UHGV virus genome: UHGV-0249630
Strand: one strand, 5' to 3'
Source: a virus
DNA length: 41,761 bases
A program made the position numbers and the translations under genes. Shown piece by piece: positions 8,944-18,364 of this stretch. A model generated the notes under the pieces. It was not told the origin of the DNA. It saw only the letters and a program-made list of their open reading frames with translations, and did not search any database. How positions within the stretch are numbered: position 1 is the stretch's first letter; every line of letters begins with the position of its first letter.

Positions 8944-9798
8944 ATGGTATTTCAGGCAACAGCAGACTATTTCAGCTTAATAAACCAAAAATCAGCGCAA
9001 TTCTCTCCTAAAGAGTTATGGACTAATATCTGCCAAGATGTAACAGACATAAATATCGGAGATGCTTTTATTCAAATTCTTGGACAGACAGGAATCGCAG
9101 GGTTTAAGTTCCATATACAGGAACAAGAACGCATAGAATTTGATAGCGAGATAACAACGCATTACGTTGAGGATAACAGACCTGTTCAAGACCATATTGC
9201 ACATAGACCTGTAATGATTACCGTTAAAGGTTTACAGGGCGAATATTTTCATTCTGTTAATCCGATAGAGGACACTCTTGCGCTTGTTACTCCTACAATG
9301 TCGCTAGTAAAACAGTTTGTACCTAAAGTAAGCAATTTTGTAAAACAGCAGAAATCAAAAAAGATTGTCGACAGCGCCGGTAAAGCGATAAAAACTGATA
9401 GCGGCGAATATGCTTTAATCGGTTCCGTAACAAACACAATCGTAAATAATTTCAATGCTGTTGATTTATTCAAAATTTTTCAGGATTTATATAAACTGAC
9501 ATCTGCGCAAACACGTGCTTATTACTTTTTTAAAGCATTATATAAATCAAAAGCATTAATTTCTGTAGAAACCAGCTGGGAACGCTATGACAATATGGTG
9601 TTAAAGTCAATGACCCCTTTACGAGATAACTCTCTTGATATAAGCGATTATACTCTGACTTTTCAGCAGATAAACTTTGTACAAAGTATGGTGCTTGATT
9701 TGAAAAATACAGCCGCCAGGACACGTCAGCAGATTGCACAAACCCAAAATAAAGGGACACAAAAAGGTACTTATAAGCAGACAATACCGTCAACATAA
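8944..9798 (+). CDS. Baseplate/tube initiator (Dit-like) protein
   Basis: EITTHYVED...QDHI and YDNMVL motifs; position. Confidence 0.65.
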   Translation: MVFQATADYFSLINQKSAQFSPKELWTNICQDVTDINIGDAFIQILGQTGIAGFKFHIQEQERIEFDSEITTHYVEDNRPVQDHIAHRPVMITVKGLQGEYFHSVNPIEDTLALVTPTMSLVKQFVPKVSNFVKQQKSKKIVDSAGKAIKTDSGEYALIGSVTNTIVNNFNAVDLFKIFQDLYKLTSAQTRAYYFFKALYKSKALISVETSWERYDNMVLKSMTPLRDNSLDISDYTLTFQQINFVQSMVLDLKNTAARTRQQIAQTQNKGTQKGTYKQTIPST

Positions 9799-9807
9799 GG
9801 TTAAATA

Positions 9808-10152
9808 ATGTATCAAATATCATCTCTGGATAATTCGCCAAAACAACAGATAAAAATTCCGCTTGAAAATAACCAATTTTTAACTTTATATCTTGAATAC
9901 AGAGCTAACCAGCAAGGGTGGTTTTTCAATTTTACTTACAATGAAACCACTTATACAAACTTAAGGCTTGTGACGGCTTACAATATGCTGCGGGCTTACA
10001 GAAGTTATCTGCCGTTCGGCTTGCGGTGCGATACCATTGACGGGCTTGAACCGACTGATATAGATGATTTTTCAACAGGATATGCACAAGTTTATACCCT
10101 TACATCAGAAGATGTTGAAGCGATAGAAGCTAACTACTATGAGAAAATTTAA
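9808..10152 (+). CDS. Small baseplate protein
   Basis: Position between initiator and hub genes. Confidence 0.55.
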   Translation: MYQISSLDNSPKQQIKIPLENNQFLTLYLEYRANQQGWFFNFTYNETTYTNLRLVTAYNMLRAYRSYLPFGLRCDTIDGLEPTDIDDFSTGYAQVYTLTSEDVEAIEANYYEKI

Positions 10153-11461
10153 CAGGAATTACAAAATAGTTTTTGAAGTTGGGTATAGAAAGGATCTGCT
10201 TGAATACGTTCCCCAGCAGACAATAGAAGTTCAATATCCATTTACCTTAAAGTTTGATGTTAACAGGGGCGTATGGTCTGATGCAAATACCGGAAATTTT
10301 CAAATTTATAATCTCGGTTATGATGTCCAGGCTCTTTTATGGAAAGACAGATTTGACCAGACAAAATATGTTACAATGTGGCTATATGCAGGTTATGAAA
10401 ATATAATGCCTCTTATTTTTATGGGTGATGTTCAGGAATGTACAAGCTACCGTAACGGTGTTGATTTTATAACGGATATTCAGGCAACAGACGGTGGGTA
10501 TCTGTTCCAGTATGGATTTGTAAATAAAACATTTTCAAAAGATACAGATTTCAAATTTCTGATACAGGAACTTCTTGCGGGTGTTCCTACCTGTAAAGTC
10601 GGATATATAACCTCTAACGTAAAACAGATGAGAAAACGCGGCAGGACATTCATTGGTCAGACAATGAAACTACTAGAGGCGTACAACTTTGACAAGGTTT
10701 TTGTAGATAACGGAGAATTACATATCTTAGGTGAAAATGATGTTATTCCGGGTCAGTTAATGGTATTGAATGCAGACAGCGGTATGATAGGTACACCGCG
10801 CAGGAGTGAAACAACTCTGAACGTTGATACAATCTTTGAACCTCAATTAGTTGTAGCTCAAGCAATAAACCTGCAAAGTAAAATTTATCCTTTCTTAAAT
10901 CAAAACTATCAAATTATAGGATTGCGCCATTACGGCACAATCAGCCCTGTTGAATGCGGGAATTTATATACAAGTGTTTCATTATCCCTTGGGAAATATC
11001 CGTTTAATGAACTCAAAAAGCAGATTGCAGCTTATACAGGCGAGACAACCGGAAAGTGGTCTAAACCGGTTACAGGGGCTAATGTAAGAATAACAAGTGG
11101 TTATGGAAGCCGTCCTAGTCCGACAGCAGGAGCAAGTACAAACCATGAAGGAATAGATATTGGTGCACCTTACGGTACTCCTGTCAAAGCAGCAGCTAAC
11201 GGAATTGTCAATTTTGCAGGTTCTGCAGGCGGGTATGGGAATGCGATATATATAGATAACGGAACTATTGAGGGCAAAAGAGTAAGCAGCCGTTACGGAC
11301 ACTTAAACCGTTATATTGTTGCATCAGGTACAAAAGTAACACAGGGACAAACAATAGGTTATGTTGGCTCGACAGGAAAGTCAACTGGTCCGCACTTGCA
11401 TTTCGAGGTAAGAGAAAACGGTAAAGCTGTTAACCCTATCAGTTATATAGGAACATACTAA
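10139..11461 (+). CDS. Baseplate hub protein fused to C-terminal M23 metallopeptidase
   Basis: FQIYNL, LYAGY, SGMIGTP hub motifs; HEGID and GPHLHFEV M23 zinc motifs. Confidence 0.85.
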   Translation: MRKFNRNYKIVFEVGYRKDLLEYVPQQTIEVQYPFTLKFDVNRGVWSDANTGNFQIYNLGYDVQALLWKDRFDQTKYVTMWLYAGYENIMPLIFMGDVQECTSYRNGVDFITDIQATDGGYLFQYGFVNKTFSKDTDFKFLIQELLAGVPTCKVGYITSNVKQMRKRGRTFIGQTMKLLEAYNFDKVFVDNGELHILGENDVIPGQLMVLNADSGMIGTPRRSETTLNVDTIFEPQLVVAQAINLQSKIYPFLNQNYQIIGLRHYGTISPVECGNLYTSVSLSLGKYPFNELKKQIAAYTGETTGKWSKPVTGANVRITSGYGSRPSPTAGASTNHEGIDIGAPYGTPVKAAANGIVNFAGSAGGYGNAIYIDNGTIEGKRVSSRYGHLNRYIVASGTKVTQGQTIGYVGSTGKSTGPHLHFEVRENGKAVNPISYIGTY

Positions 11462-12189
11462 TGACAAGACAAGTATCAAAAACAAATCCTACACTTGAAT
11501 ATACGTTATCAGTTGTTCAGCAGGCAGTAATGAGCAATCTCAACTGCAATAATATAGGCAGAATAGTCAAATTTTACCCCGAAACATTTACTGCGGATGT
11601 TGAATTGATGCAGCAAAAACAGTTTTATAACACAAATTATGCCGCGCCATATCTTGTAGACGTTCCGATAATTGTAATCGGCGGAACAAACAGCGGAATT
11701 ACAATGCCTGATTATGAAGGCTGCTATTGTCATTTAGCATTTATGGACAGGAATATAGATGCCTGGTACGAAACAGGTGAAGCATATGCACCGGATGATG
11801 CCAGAATGCACGATTTTTCAGACGCCGTTGCATTAGTCGGACTTCACAGCCTGCAAAACCCGGTTGCAAATTATGAACAGGGCACACTTAATATCTGGAA
11901 TGGCACAGAAAACAGAAGCTGCAAAGTTCAGTTAAAACAAAACAGTTTTAATGTTAATGTATCATCAACTTCTACAGAAGGAGAGGAAGAAGATGCCGTA
12001 AATTCAACTTTTACAATTGACGATAAATTCAAAATGGCAAATGCTCAACAGGATTTATTAAGCTTAATTACAGACCTTTTAACAGCATGCGAAAATATCG
12101 CGGTTACAACTAATACCGGAATAATCACACCGACAAGCAAACAGACCTTTACAAATTTAAAAACAACTTTTGCGGAATTATTAAAATGA
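11461..12189 (+). CDS. Baseplate spike/puncturing protein (Gp138/gpV-like)
   Basis: LVDVP, FMDRNIDAW and RMHDFSDA motifs. Confidence 0.75.
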   Translation: MTRQVSKTNPTLEYTLSVVQQAVMSNLNCNNIGRIVKFYPETFTADVELMQQKQFYNTNYAAPYLVDVPIIVIGGTNSGITMPDYEGCYCHLAFMDRNIDAWYETGEAYAPDDARMHDFSDAVALVGLHSLQNPVANYEQGTLNIWNGTENRSCKVQLKQNSFNVNVSSTSTEGEEEDAVNSTFTIDDKFKMANAQQDLLSLITDLLTACENIAVTTNTGIITPTSKQTFTNLKTTFAELLK

Positions 12190-12545
12190 GCATACGAAAT
12201 TTAGACGAAAATCACGATTGGACATTTGGCGCTGGGCGGTCAAATTATCTGAATTATAACGCAGAAATCGGATTAAATATAAAAACAAGACTTTTATCAT
12301 TTCTTGGAGATTGTTTTTTTGATACAGATGCCGGCATAGACTGGTTTAATCTCCTGGAATATAACCGCTCGGCACAATTACAAAGCAGTATTGAAAAGAC
12401 TATTGCACAGACCGAAGGGGTCGTAAAAGTCAACAACATTGATGTTCTTACAAACGCAGACAGAACACTTTCTATACAATACAGTGTTTCAACGATTTAC
12501 AGTACGGATTATCAGGGACAGGTAGAATTCAATTATGGCAGGTAA
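12186..12545 (+). CDS. Baseplate wedge/sheath initiator
   Basis: RNLDENHDWTFG and FLGDCFFDTDAGIDW motifs. Confidence 0.7.
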   Translation: MSIRNLDENHDWTFGAGRSNYLNYNAEIGLNIKTRLLSFLGDCFFDTDAGIDWFNLLEYNRSAQLQSSIEKTIAQTEGVVKVNNIDVLTNADRTLSIQYSVSTIYSTDYQGQVEFNYGR

Positions 12546-13719
12546 TTATTTTTCACAAACAGGGCTTGTTACACAATCATTAGAAGAGATTATAACAGAA
12601 ATTACCGGGAAATATCAGGAAATTTACGGTAATGATATAAACATTGACCAGAATACACCTGACGGGCAAATGATAAATCTGCTTGCGCAGATGAAAAAAG
12701 ATATTCTGGATTTATTGGTGCAATACAATTCTAATATTGATGTTGATCAGGTTCAGGGAATAGCACAGCAGATTTTATACAAGCTTAACGGGCTTGAAAT
12801 CAAATCTTATACTTACAGCTACGTAAATGTAAAGGTGACAACAAGCGGTCCGACAAATCTTCAAGGGCTTGACAATAACATTGATAATTCAGACGGTACC
12901 GGCTATACAATTCAGGACACAAACGGCAACCGCTGGATTTTGGCAAACAGTGTAATAAATCTGAACGGAACAGATGAATTTCCTTTTAGAGCCGCGGAGT
13001 TGGGTGGAATACAGTGCCTACCCAATACCGTTACCTTACCGGAAACAATTGTCAGCGGCGTTGTATCTGTAACAAACCCGGCAGCAAATTATATTACGGG
13101 CGATACAGGAGAAAGCGATGCTGAATATAGACAGCGCAGAAATAAAACTGTAGCTTTACCTTCCCAGGGTTTTGATGAAAGCATAGAAGCCCAGTTGTTA
13201 AATTTAGACACTGTTACACAAGTTAAAGTTTATGATAACAGAAAATCCGTAGAAGTTAACGGTATCCCTGCGCACACAATATGGGTAATTGTAGAAGGCG
13301 GACAAAACTCTGAAATAGGCAATATAATTTATGCTAATATCCCGCCCGGAATACCTATGAAAGGTTCTATTGAGGTTTTAGTATCCAAATCAAACGGGGA
13401 ATTAACACCTGTTTATTTTGACCGTGGAACAGCTCAGACATTATATGTAAAGATTACAATAAAAAATCTTGAAACAACGGCATTAGATGAAACCGATATC
13501 AAAAATAAAATGTCAGAAAATTTAACTTACAATATAGGAGAAAATGCTGATACTGCAACAATAACTTGTGTTTTAAGAGATATATTAAATAACACTGGTA
13601 TCCCTTATGATGTTGAAGTTTCTACAGATAATTCAAACTGGCAGGAAATTGTTACCCCTACCGGTTTAGACAACTATTTTGCACTTGCAGCAGAGAATAT
13701 AACTTTAACGGTAGAATAA
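12535..13719 (+). CDS. Baseplate J-like protein
   Basis: TPDGQ, VTNP, ESDAEYRQR and WVIVEGG motifs. Confidence 0.85.
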   Translation: MAGNYFSQTGLVTQSLEEIITEITGKYQEIYGNDINIDQNTPDGQMINLLAQMKKDILDLLVQYNSNIDVDQVQGIAQQILYKLNGLEIKSYTYSYVNVKVTTSGPTNLQGLDNNIDNSDGTGYTIQDTNGNRWILANSVINLNGTDEFPFRAAELGGIQCLPNTVTLPETIVSGVVSVTNPAANYITGDTGESDAEYRQRRNKTVALPSQGFDESIEAQLLNLDTVTQVKVYDNRKSVEVNGIPAHTIWVIVEGGQNSEIGNIIYANIPPGIPMKGSIEVLVSKSNGELTPVYFDRGTAQTLYVKITIKNLETTALDETDIKNKMSENLTYNIGENADTATITCVLRDILNNTGIPYDVEVSTDNSNWQEIVTPTGLDNYFALAAENITLTVE

Positions 13720-13721
13720 TA

Positions 13722-14477
13722 ATGTCATATACAGATGAAGAATTAAAGCAGCTTGTAGAGGAAGTTGCAACAAATTATGCTGATTTATTGATTTTACAAT
13801 ATCGTGCATGCCCTAAAGCACGCGCTACAATCAAAATGTTTGTAGAAGAGCTTTTATGCAACGGTTTGATATTTCAATATGAGAATATATTAGATCTTGA
13901 TACTCCTTTTGGATTTATTCTTGATTTAATAGGAAAAATCGTAGATTGCCCGCGATATATTCAAGGGCTTACGCTCACAAGAAATTATTTTACATTTCAT
14001 AATGATAGCAAAAACATAGGCTACTCTAAAATAAATGCTCCTGCAAACGGTATTTTTAAGACTATTTACAACAGTCTGCTTTCTAAGTATGAACTTAATA
14101 ATAGCGATTACAGACAATTAATAAAGTTCAAAATTCTCGTAAATTGTCTCAGGGCATCACAAAAAGATATAGATGACGCTATTTATACACTATTTGGTAA
14201 TGATATAGTTTTAAGAAATAATTTTGATTTAACAATTACTTATATTGTCGCAAATAAACTATTATTATCATTACAGGCTGCATTAAAATTAAAATATTTT
14301 CGTGCCCCCTGCGGAGTTGGGTTCGAATATATACTGGTAGTTCCGGAACCGACAAAAATATACGGATTTAAGCGAATAAACAGTTACAAGAGCCCGATTG
14401 GTTTTTCACGTGTAAACGCACCAAAAGAGGCAAGCTTTTTACGCGTATCTAATGTGATTAATATCAATGCAGCTTAA
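13722..14477 (+). CDS. Baseplate wedge protein (DUF2612-like)
   Basis: LILQY, LDLIGKIV, DYRQLIKFKI and APCGV motifs. Confidence 0.75.
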   Translation: MSYTDEELKQLVEEVATNYADLLILQYRACPKARATIKMFVEELLCNGLIFQYENILDLDTPFGFILDLIGKIVDCPRYIQGLTLTRNYFTFHNDSKNIGYSKINAPANGIFKTIYNSLLSKYELNNSDYRQLIKFKILVNCLRASQKDIDDAIYTLFGNDIVLRNNFDLTITYIVANKLLLSLQAALKLKYFRAPCGVGFEYILVVPEPTKIYGFKRINSYKSPIGFSRVNAPKEASFLRVSNVININAA

Positions 14478-14498
14478 GAAGAAGGAGATTTAAATTAT

Positions 14499-15350
14499 AT
14501 GGCTAAAATACCTAGAATTACACAAAAAATCTTTGCTGAAAATGCAGGCAGTAATGAAGTAACAGCATTTGGAACAGCAAAAAACGGCAATGATGCCGAA
14601 TATACAAAAGATGTAAGTAAAATCCAAACAGAAGCTTTTACACAAGGGTGGGAGCCTGCGCTGTTAACAGATGATGCGCCATTTATGGAAGATATGAATG
14701 CTGTTTTACTTGCACAATCACAGCAAATAGCATACCTGTTTCAAGAGGGTAACGCTGAATGGGATAATCAGACAACTTATTATAAATTCTCTATTGTTAA
14801 AAAAGTTATAAATGAAGAATTGAAACTTTTTTATTCATTAACAGATGATAATATTGGGAATGACCCAGCGCAGGACACTTCCGGTACAAATTGGAAAGAA
14901 TTGTCTTTCGGAGGAGAAGCACAGTATGCAATTGGTGACCCAATAATAGCCCTTTCAAGTACCTTAGAAGACAATGAAATCTGGCTTGAGGGTGGGACTG
15001 TATCGAGAACAACATACGCGGAATTATTTGCAATTTACGGAACAACTTACGGAGCAGGTGACGGGTCGACAACTTTTGTTCTGCCTGATTTTAGAAATCG
15101 TGCAATTTGGGGAGCTAACAGTTTCGGCTATATCGAAGCAGGGCTGCCGGACCATAGCCATCAAGCTACCTTGCATGGTATAAACATTCAAACAACATGG
15201 GGTGATGGTTTTATATTAATAAATGCCCCTCAGCATACAGTCCAAAATATACAAACAACAGAAGCAAGTACAAATAATCCTATATACAAGTCTGGTTCTA
15301 CTGTTCAACCACCTTCGATAAAGGTAAGAGTTAAAACACGATATAAGTAG
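14499..15350 (+). CDS. Tail fibre protein with collar domain, tip variant A
   Basis: VSRTTYAELFAIYGTTYGAGDGSTTFVLPDFR collar motif; TVQP C-terminal motif. Confidence 0.9.
   Translation: MAKIPRITQKIFAENAGSNEVTAFGTAKNGNDAEYTKDVSKIQTEAFTQGWEPALLTDDAPFMEDMNAVLLAQSQQIAYLFQEGNAEWDNQTTYYKFSIVKKVINEELKLFYSLTDDNIGNDPAQDTSGTNWKELSFGGEAQYAIGDPIIALSSTLEDNEIWLEGGTVSRTTYAELFAIYGTTYGAGDGSTTFVLPDFRNRAIWGANSFGYIEAGLPDHSHQATLHGINIQTTWGDGFILINAPQHTVQNIQTTEASTNNPIYKSGSTVQPPSIKVRVKTRYK
15118..15149 (+). repeat. Left 32-bp inverted repeat of invertible segment
   Basis: ACAGTTTCGGCTATATCGAAGCAGGGCTGCCG, exact reverse complement of 15591-15622. Confidence 0.95.
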
Positions 15351-15622
15351 TTATTTATACTTTGTCTTAACTCTAACTTTAATGGATGCGGGCTGCACTG
15401 TTTTTATACTATTTGAGTAAATAGTATTTGAACGTGATGCATCAAAGCGCAACTCATTATATTGACATCCACTAGTACCAACACTTTGAGCTATAGCTGA
15501 ATGCTTTATATATATAGCGGACGTTGGCGCATCTTCCCCCGCACCAAATTGGCTTAATACTCTGGCATTAATTGTAGTTCCCGTGATATTCGGCAGCCCT
15601 GCTTCGATATAGCCGAAACTGT
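15351..15622 (-). CDS. Silent alternative tail fibre C-terminus, tip variant B (no own start codon)
   Basis: Open frame SFGYIEAGLP-NITGTTINARVLSQFGAGEDAPTSAIYIKHSAIAQSVGTSGCQYNELRFDASRSNTIYSNSIKTVQPASIKVRVKTKYK-stop. Confidence 0.9.
15591..15622 (-). repeat. Right 32-bp inverted repeat of invertible segment
   Basis: Exact inverted copy of 15118-15149. Confidence 0.95.
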
Positions 15623-15662
15623 CGGAATGATGAGTTTATATAATAAAAAAATAGGAGAAATT

Positions 15663-16352
15663 ATGAATATCTATAACTATGATGAAAAAACAAAAGAATA
15701 TTTATCTACAACAATAGCAGAGGCTGATCCTGAGGAAACAAAGCTTAAAGGGAAATTTGTTCCACTAGTTTCTGCAAATGCTACACTTATTGAAGTCCCT
15801 GAATATGGAGAAAATGAAATTCCTGTATTCGAAAATGAAAATTGGGTTATAAAACCTGATTACAGAATAAATTTTTATAAAGTTGACGACAATTTAAGTG
15901 TTCAAGAAATTAAAACAATCGGAGATCAAGAAGGCTGCTACATTGTAGATAAGACTACAGGGGATTTGATAAAACAAAATCCGGATAAATTCAAAATTGT
16001 AGATAATCAGGTTATTGCAAAAACTGATGATGAATATCAGGCAGAACAAGAGGAAATAGAAAAAAACAGAATTGCAATGCTTAATTTGACTGCCGCAGAT
16101 GTTGAACGTGCTATTTATAAAGTTAAAGGGATGGACTTTGACGATGTTGTTTCACTTGTTGAAACTCAATCTTTATCGGAAGATGATAAGACATCAATTG
16201 ACATAAAAGCCTTAAAAATAGAACTCCGTGCAAATAACTTTTACAGAGGTAATCCTTATATAAACACTGTCGGAACACTTCTGGGCTTTAGCGAAAAGCA
16301 AATGGATGAGTTCTTTGAAACAAATGATTATACAAAGCTTTTAGAAGAATAA
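15663..16352 (+). CDS. Tail fibre assembly/chaperone protein
   Basis: AGGAG RBS before ATG 15663; IYNYD...EYL, ANATL..P and WVIKPDYR motifs. Confidence 0.75.
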   Translation: MNIYNYDEKTKEYLSTTIAEADPEETKLKGKFVPLVSANATLIEVPEYGENEIPVFENENWVIKPDYRINFYKVDDNLSVQEIKTIGDQEGCYIVDKTTGDLIKQNPDKFKIVDNQVIAKTDDEYQAEQEEIEKNRIAMLNLTAADVERAIYKVKGMDFDDVVSLVETQSLSEDDKTSIDIKALKIELRANNFYRGNPYINTVGTLLGFSEKQMDEFFETNDYTKLLEE

Positions 16353-16488
16353 GATATTGAAAAATCGACAACCCCGTATGATTATAGTAATATAATTATG
16401 CAGGGTAAAAGATGCTCTTTTGAAACGGAACTGACCGACACTTACATTGTAGACCTCGGGTTGGTTCCCGACTAGAAAGGGGGCTGAT

Positions 16489-16569
16489 ATGGATAAATTC
16501 AATATTAGTTTATTACTAATTTTTATGATTTTATTTGTATTAAAAAACGGCTCTTACCTGAACAGATAA
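16489..16569 (+). CDS. Putative type I toxin peptide MDKFNISLLLIFMILFVLKNGSYLNR
   Basis: GAAAGGGGG RBS; single hydrophobic helix; promoter TCGACA-17-TAATAT at 16365-16393. Confidence 0.65.
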   Translation: MDKFNISLLLIFMILFVLKNGSYLNR

Positions 16570-16622
16570 GAACCGTTAGACCTCTAAGGGCATCCGGCTA
16601 GCTTGGCAAGCTGCCACCCTGT
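16540..16622 (-). ncRNA. Putative antisense antitoxin RNA
   Basis: Minus strand TTGACA (16657-16652)-17-AATAAT; terminator hairpin 16577-16546 plus U run overlapping the peptide 3' end. Confidence 0.6.
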
Positions 16623-16689
16623 GCTTATATTATTTACTATTTTCTCCGGTTTGTCAAGTGTAGGCAATAGAAAAATTAAGGAGGAAATT

Positions 16690-16938
16690 ATGGAAGAAAA
16701 AAAAGGCGTTTCTCAAGAAGCAAAAACACAAATAAAAGACTTGTGGCTTGATGTTGGAGAAAACGTTGCCGCAAAATGTTATGTAAAATTGATTGAGACT
16801 ATTGATATTCTTGCAAAAGATACCGATAATATTGCCGCAAAATTGGCAGTAGCAACAATGCAGGCAATGCAGCCTGTTGTAATGTCATTGCTGGATTTAA
16901 TCGACGGTGTCAAAGGCGATATTGAGGTTGAGGCATAA
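16690..16938 (+). CDS. Hypothetical lysis-region protein
   Basis: AAGGAGG RBS before ATG 16690 (track start 16603 unlikely). Confidence 0.65.
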   Translation: MEEKKGVSQEAKTQIKDLWLDVGENVAAKCYVKLIETIDILAKDTDNIAAKLAVATMQAMQPVVMSLLDLIDGVKGDIEVEA

Positions 16939-17183
16939 TGTTTGACATTTCAGACGCGATAAAATCAGTTGGAGAGGCTTTTACAAGCCTTTTCAACTAT
17001 TTTAAAACAGCTAAGGAAGAGCAATGCGAAACACAGATTGTCAAGGATAAAAAACGTCTTAAAAGAGCCACAAATGTGGCAGAAGAAGCCTTCAGACTGA
17101 TTGATGATAACAAACATTATCTGCCAGACAACGTTGTGAAAAAGTATGAAAAATTACGCAAAGAATTTGACGAGGAAGACTAA
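16938..17183 (+). CDS. Hypothetical lysis-region protein
   Basis: Coupled TAATG start; amphipathic N-terminus. Confidence 0.65.
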   Translation: MFDISDAIKSVGEAFTSLFNYFKTAKEEQCETQIVKDKKRLKRATNVAEEAFRLIDDNKHYLPDNVVKKYEKLRKEFDEED

Positions 17184-17593
17184 TGCAGGTAAATTACACA
17201 AGTTTTGATAAGGCTATAGGATACGATTACAAAAACAAAAAGAAACCGTTTTATTTGATACAGCCTATTTATGTAATTGTCAGCTATGCTAACAAAAAAA
17301 TTTATTTAAGGCTTGACGATCTGAATTTTACATCTGACGGGTGTACTTTGTGGAAAGTATTCTGGTTAATTCTAGGATGCCCTCATACTCCACAATACCT
17401 GCCTGCAAGCCTTATACACGATTGGATATTGGCAAACCCGCAATCTGTAAATTACAGTAGAAAACTGGCAAGCAGAATTTTTAAAGCAGCTTTATTAAAT
17501 GAAGGCGTAAACCCTTTTAAAGCTCAATTAATGTATCTTGCAGTTGATATGTTTCAAGCATTAAAAAATTTAAATACAAAGAAATGGAAATAG
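17183..17593 (+). CDS. DUF1353-like protein
   Basis: FTSDGCT and ASLIHDW motifs. Confidence 0.7.
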   Translation: MQVNYTSFDKAIGYDYKNKKKPFYLIQPIYVIVSYANKKIYLRLDDLNFTSDGCTLWKVFWLILGCPHTPQYLPASLIHDWILANPQSVNYSRKLASRIFKAALLNEGVNPFKAQLMYLAVDMFQALKNLNTKKWK

Positions 17594-17857
17594 ATGGATA
17601 ATTGGTTAATATATGCCCCATGCGGGCTTTTTGTAATAAGTATTTTAGTTAGTTTAAAATTGTTTGCTCGAAGTGATGAATTGACAGCATTGGAAGCTAA
17701 GATAATGACTTATGCCGTAGAACATTTTGTAAGCAAAGATACTTACAGCGACAATCACAAGGCATTGCAAGACCAGATGTTACAGATACATCAGGATGTT
17801 TCAGATGTAAAAAACATTCTTATAGGTATAGTTAATGACCGTAATCGGAGGAATTAA
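17594..17857 (+). CDS. Holin-like membrane protein
   Basis: One N-terminal hydrophobic helix plus coiled coil; directly upstream of endolysin. Confidence 0.5.
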   Translation: MDNWLIYAPCGLFVISILVSLKLFARSDELTALEAKIMTYAVEHFVSKDTYSDNHKALQDQMLQIHQDVSDVKNILIGIVNDRNRRN

Positions 17858-17860
17858 TAT

Positions 17861-18280
17861 ATGAATTTAACAAATAATTTTACATTAAATGAACTTATTT
17901 ATTCGACAACGGCAGAAAAAAACAAAATAGATAATACACCGTCACAACCTGTAATTAAGAATTTAAAGGCTCTGTGCGAAAATGTTTTACAGCCTTTAAG
18001 AAACAATCTAGGCTGCCCGATTGTAATAACGAGTGGATTTCGCTGTGCCGTTTTAAATAAACGTGTAGGAGGTGCTTCTAATTCACAGCATTTATACGGT
18101 CAAGCTGCAGATCTGATTGTTCCTCAAAAGAACTTAAAAGATGTATTCAATTATATCAAAGCTCATTTACCTTATGACCAGTTATTATACGAGTACAGTA
18201 AAAGCGACAAATGGATACACGTTTCGTACAGAGCAGACGGTCATAACCGAAAACAGGCTATTGATAATTACAAAGCATAG
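17861..18280 (+). CDS. Endolysin, peptidase M15 family
   Basis: ITSGFRC, SQHLYGQAAD and WIHVS zinc motifs. Confidence 0.85.
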   Translation: MNLTNNFTLNELIYSTTAEKNKIDNTPSQPVIKNLKALCENVLQPLRNNLGCPIVITSGFRCAVLNKRVGGASNSQHLYGQAADLIVPQKNLKDVFNYIKAHLPYDQLLYEYSKSDKWIHVSYRADGHNRKQAIDNYKA

Positions 18281-18364
18281 CTTTTTATATATGAATGCAT
18301 ATTATGCATTCCTCCTTTTTAATATATAATTCGGCTCCGGAGATTTATTTCACTGGAGTTTTTG

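Noticed and set aside
14499..15622. Diversity-generating retroelement acting on the fibre
   Set aside because: No reverse transcriptase; the two tips are inverted and differences are not adenine-specific
16603..16689. N-terminal extension of ORF 16603..16938
   Set aside because: Overlaps the antisense promoter; strong RBS points to ATG 16690
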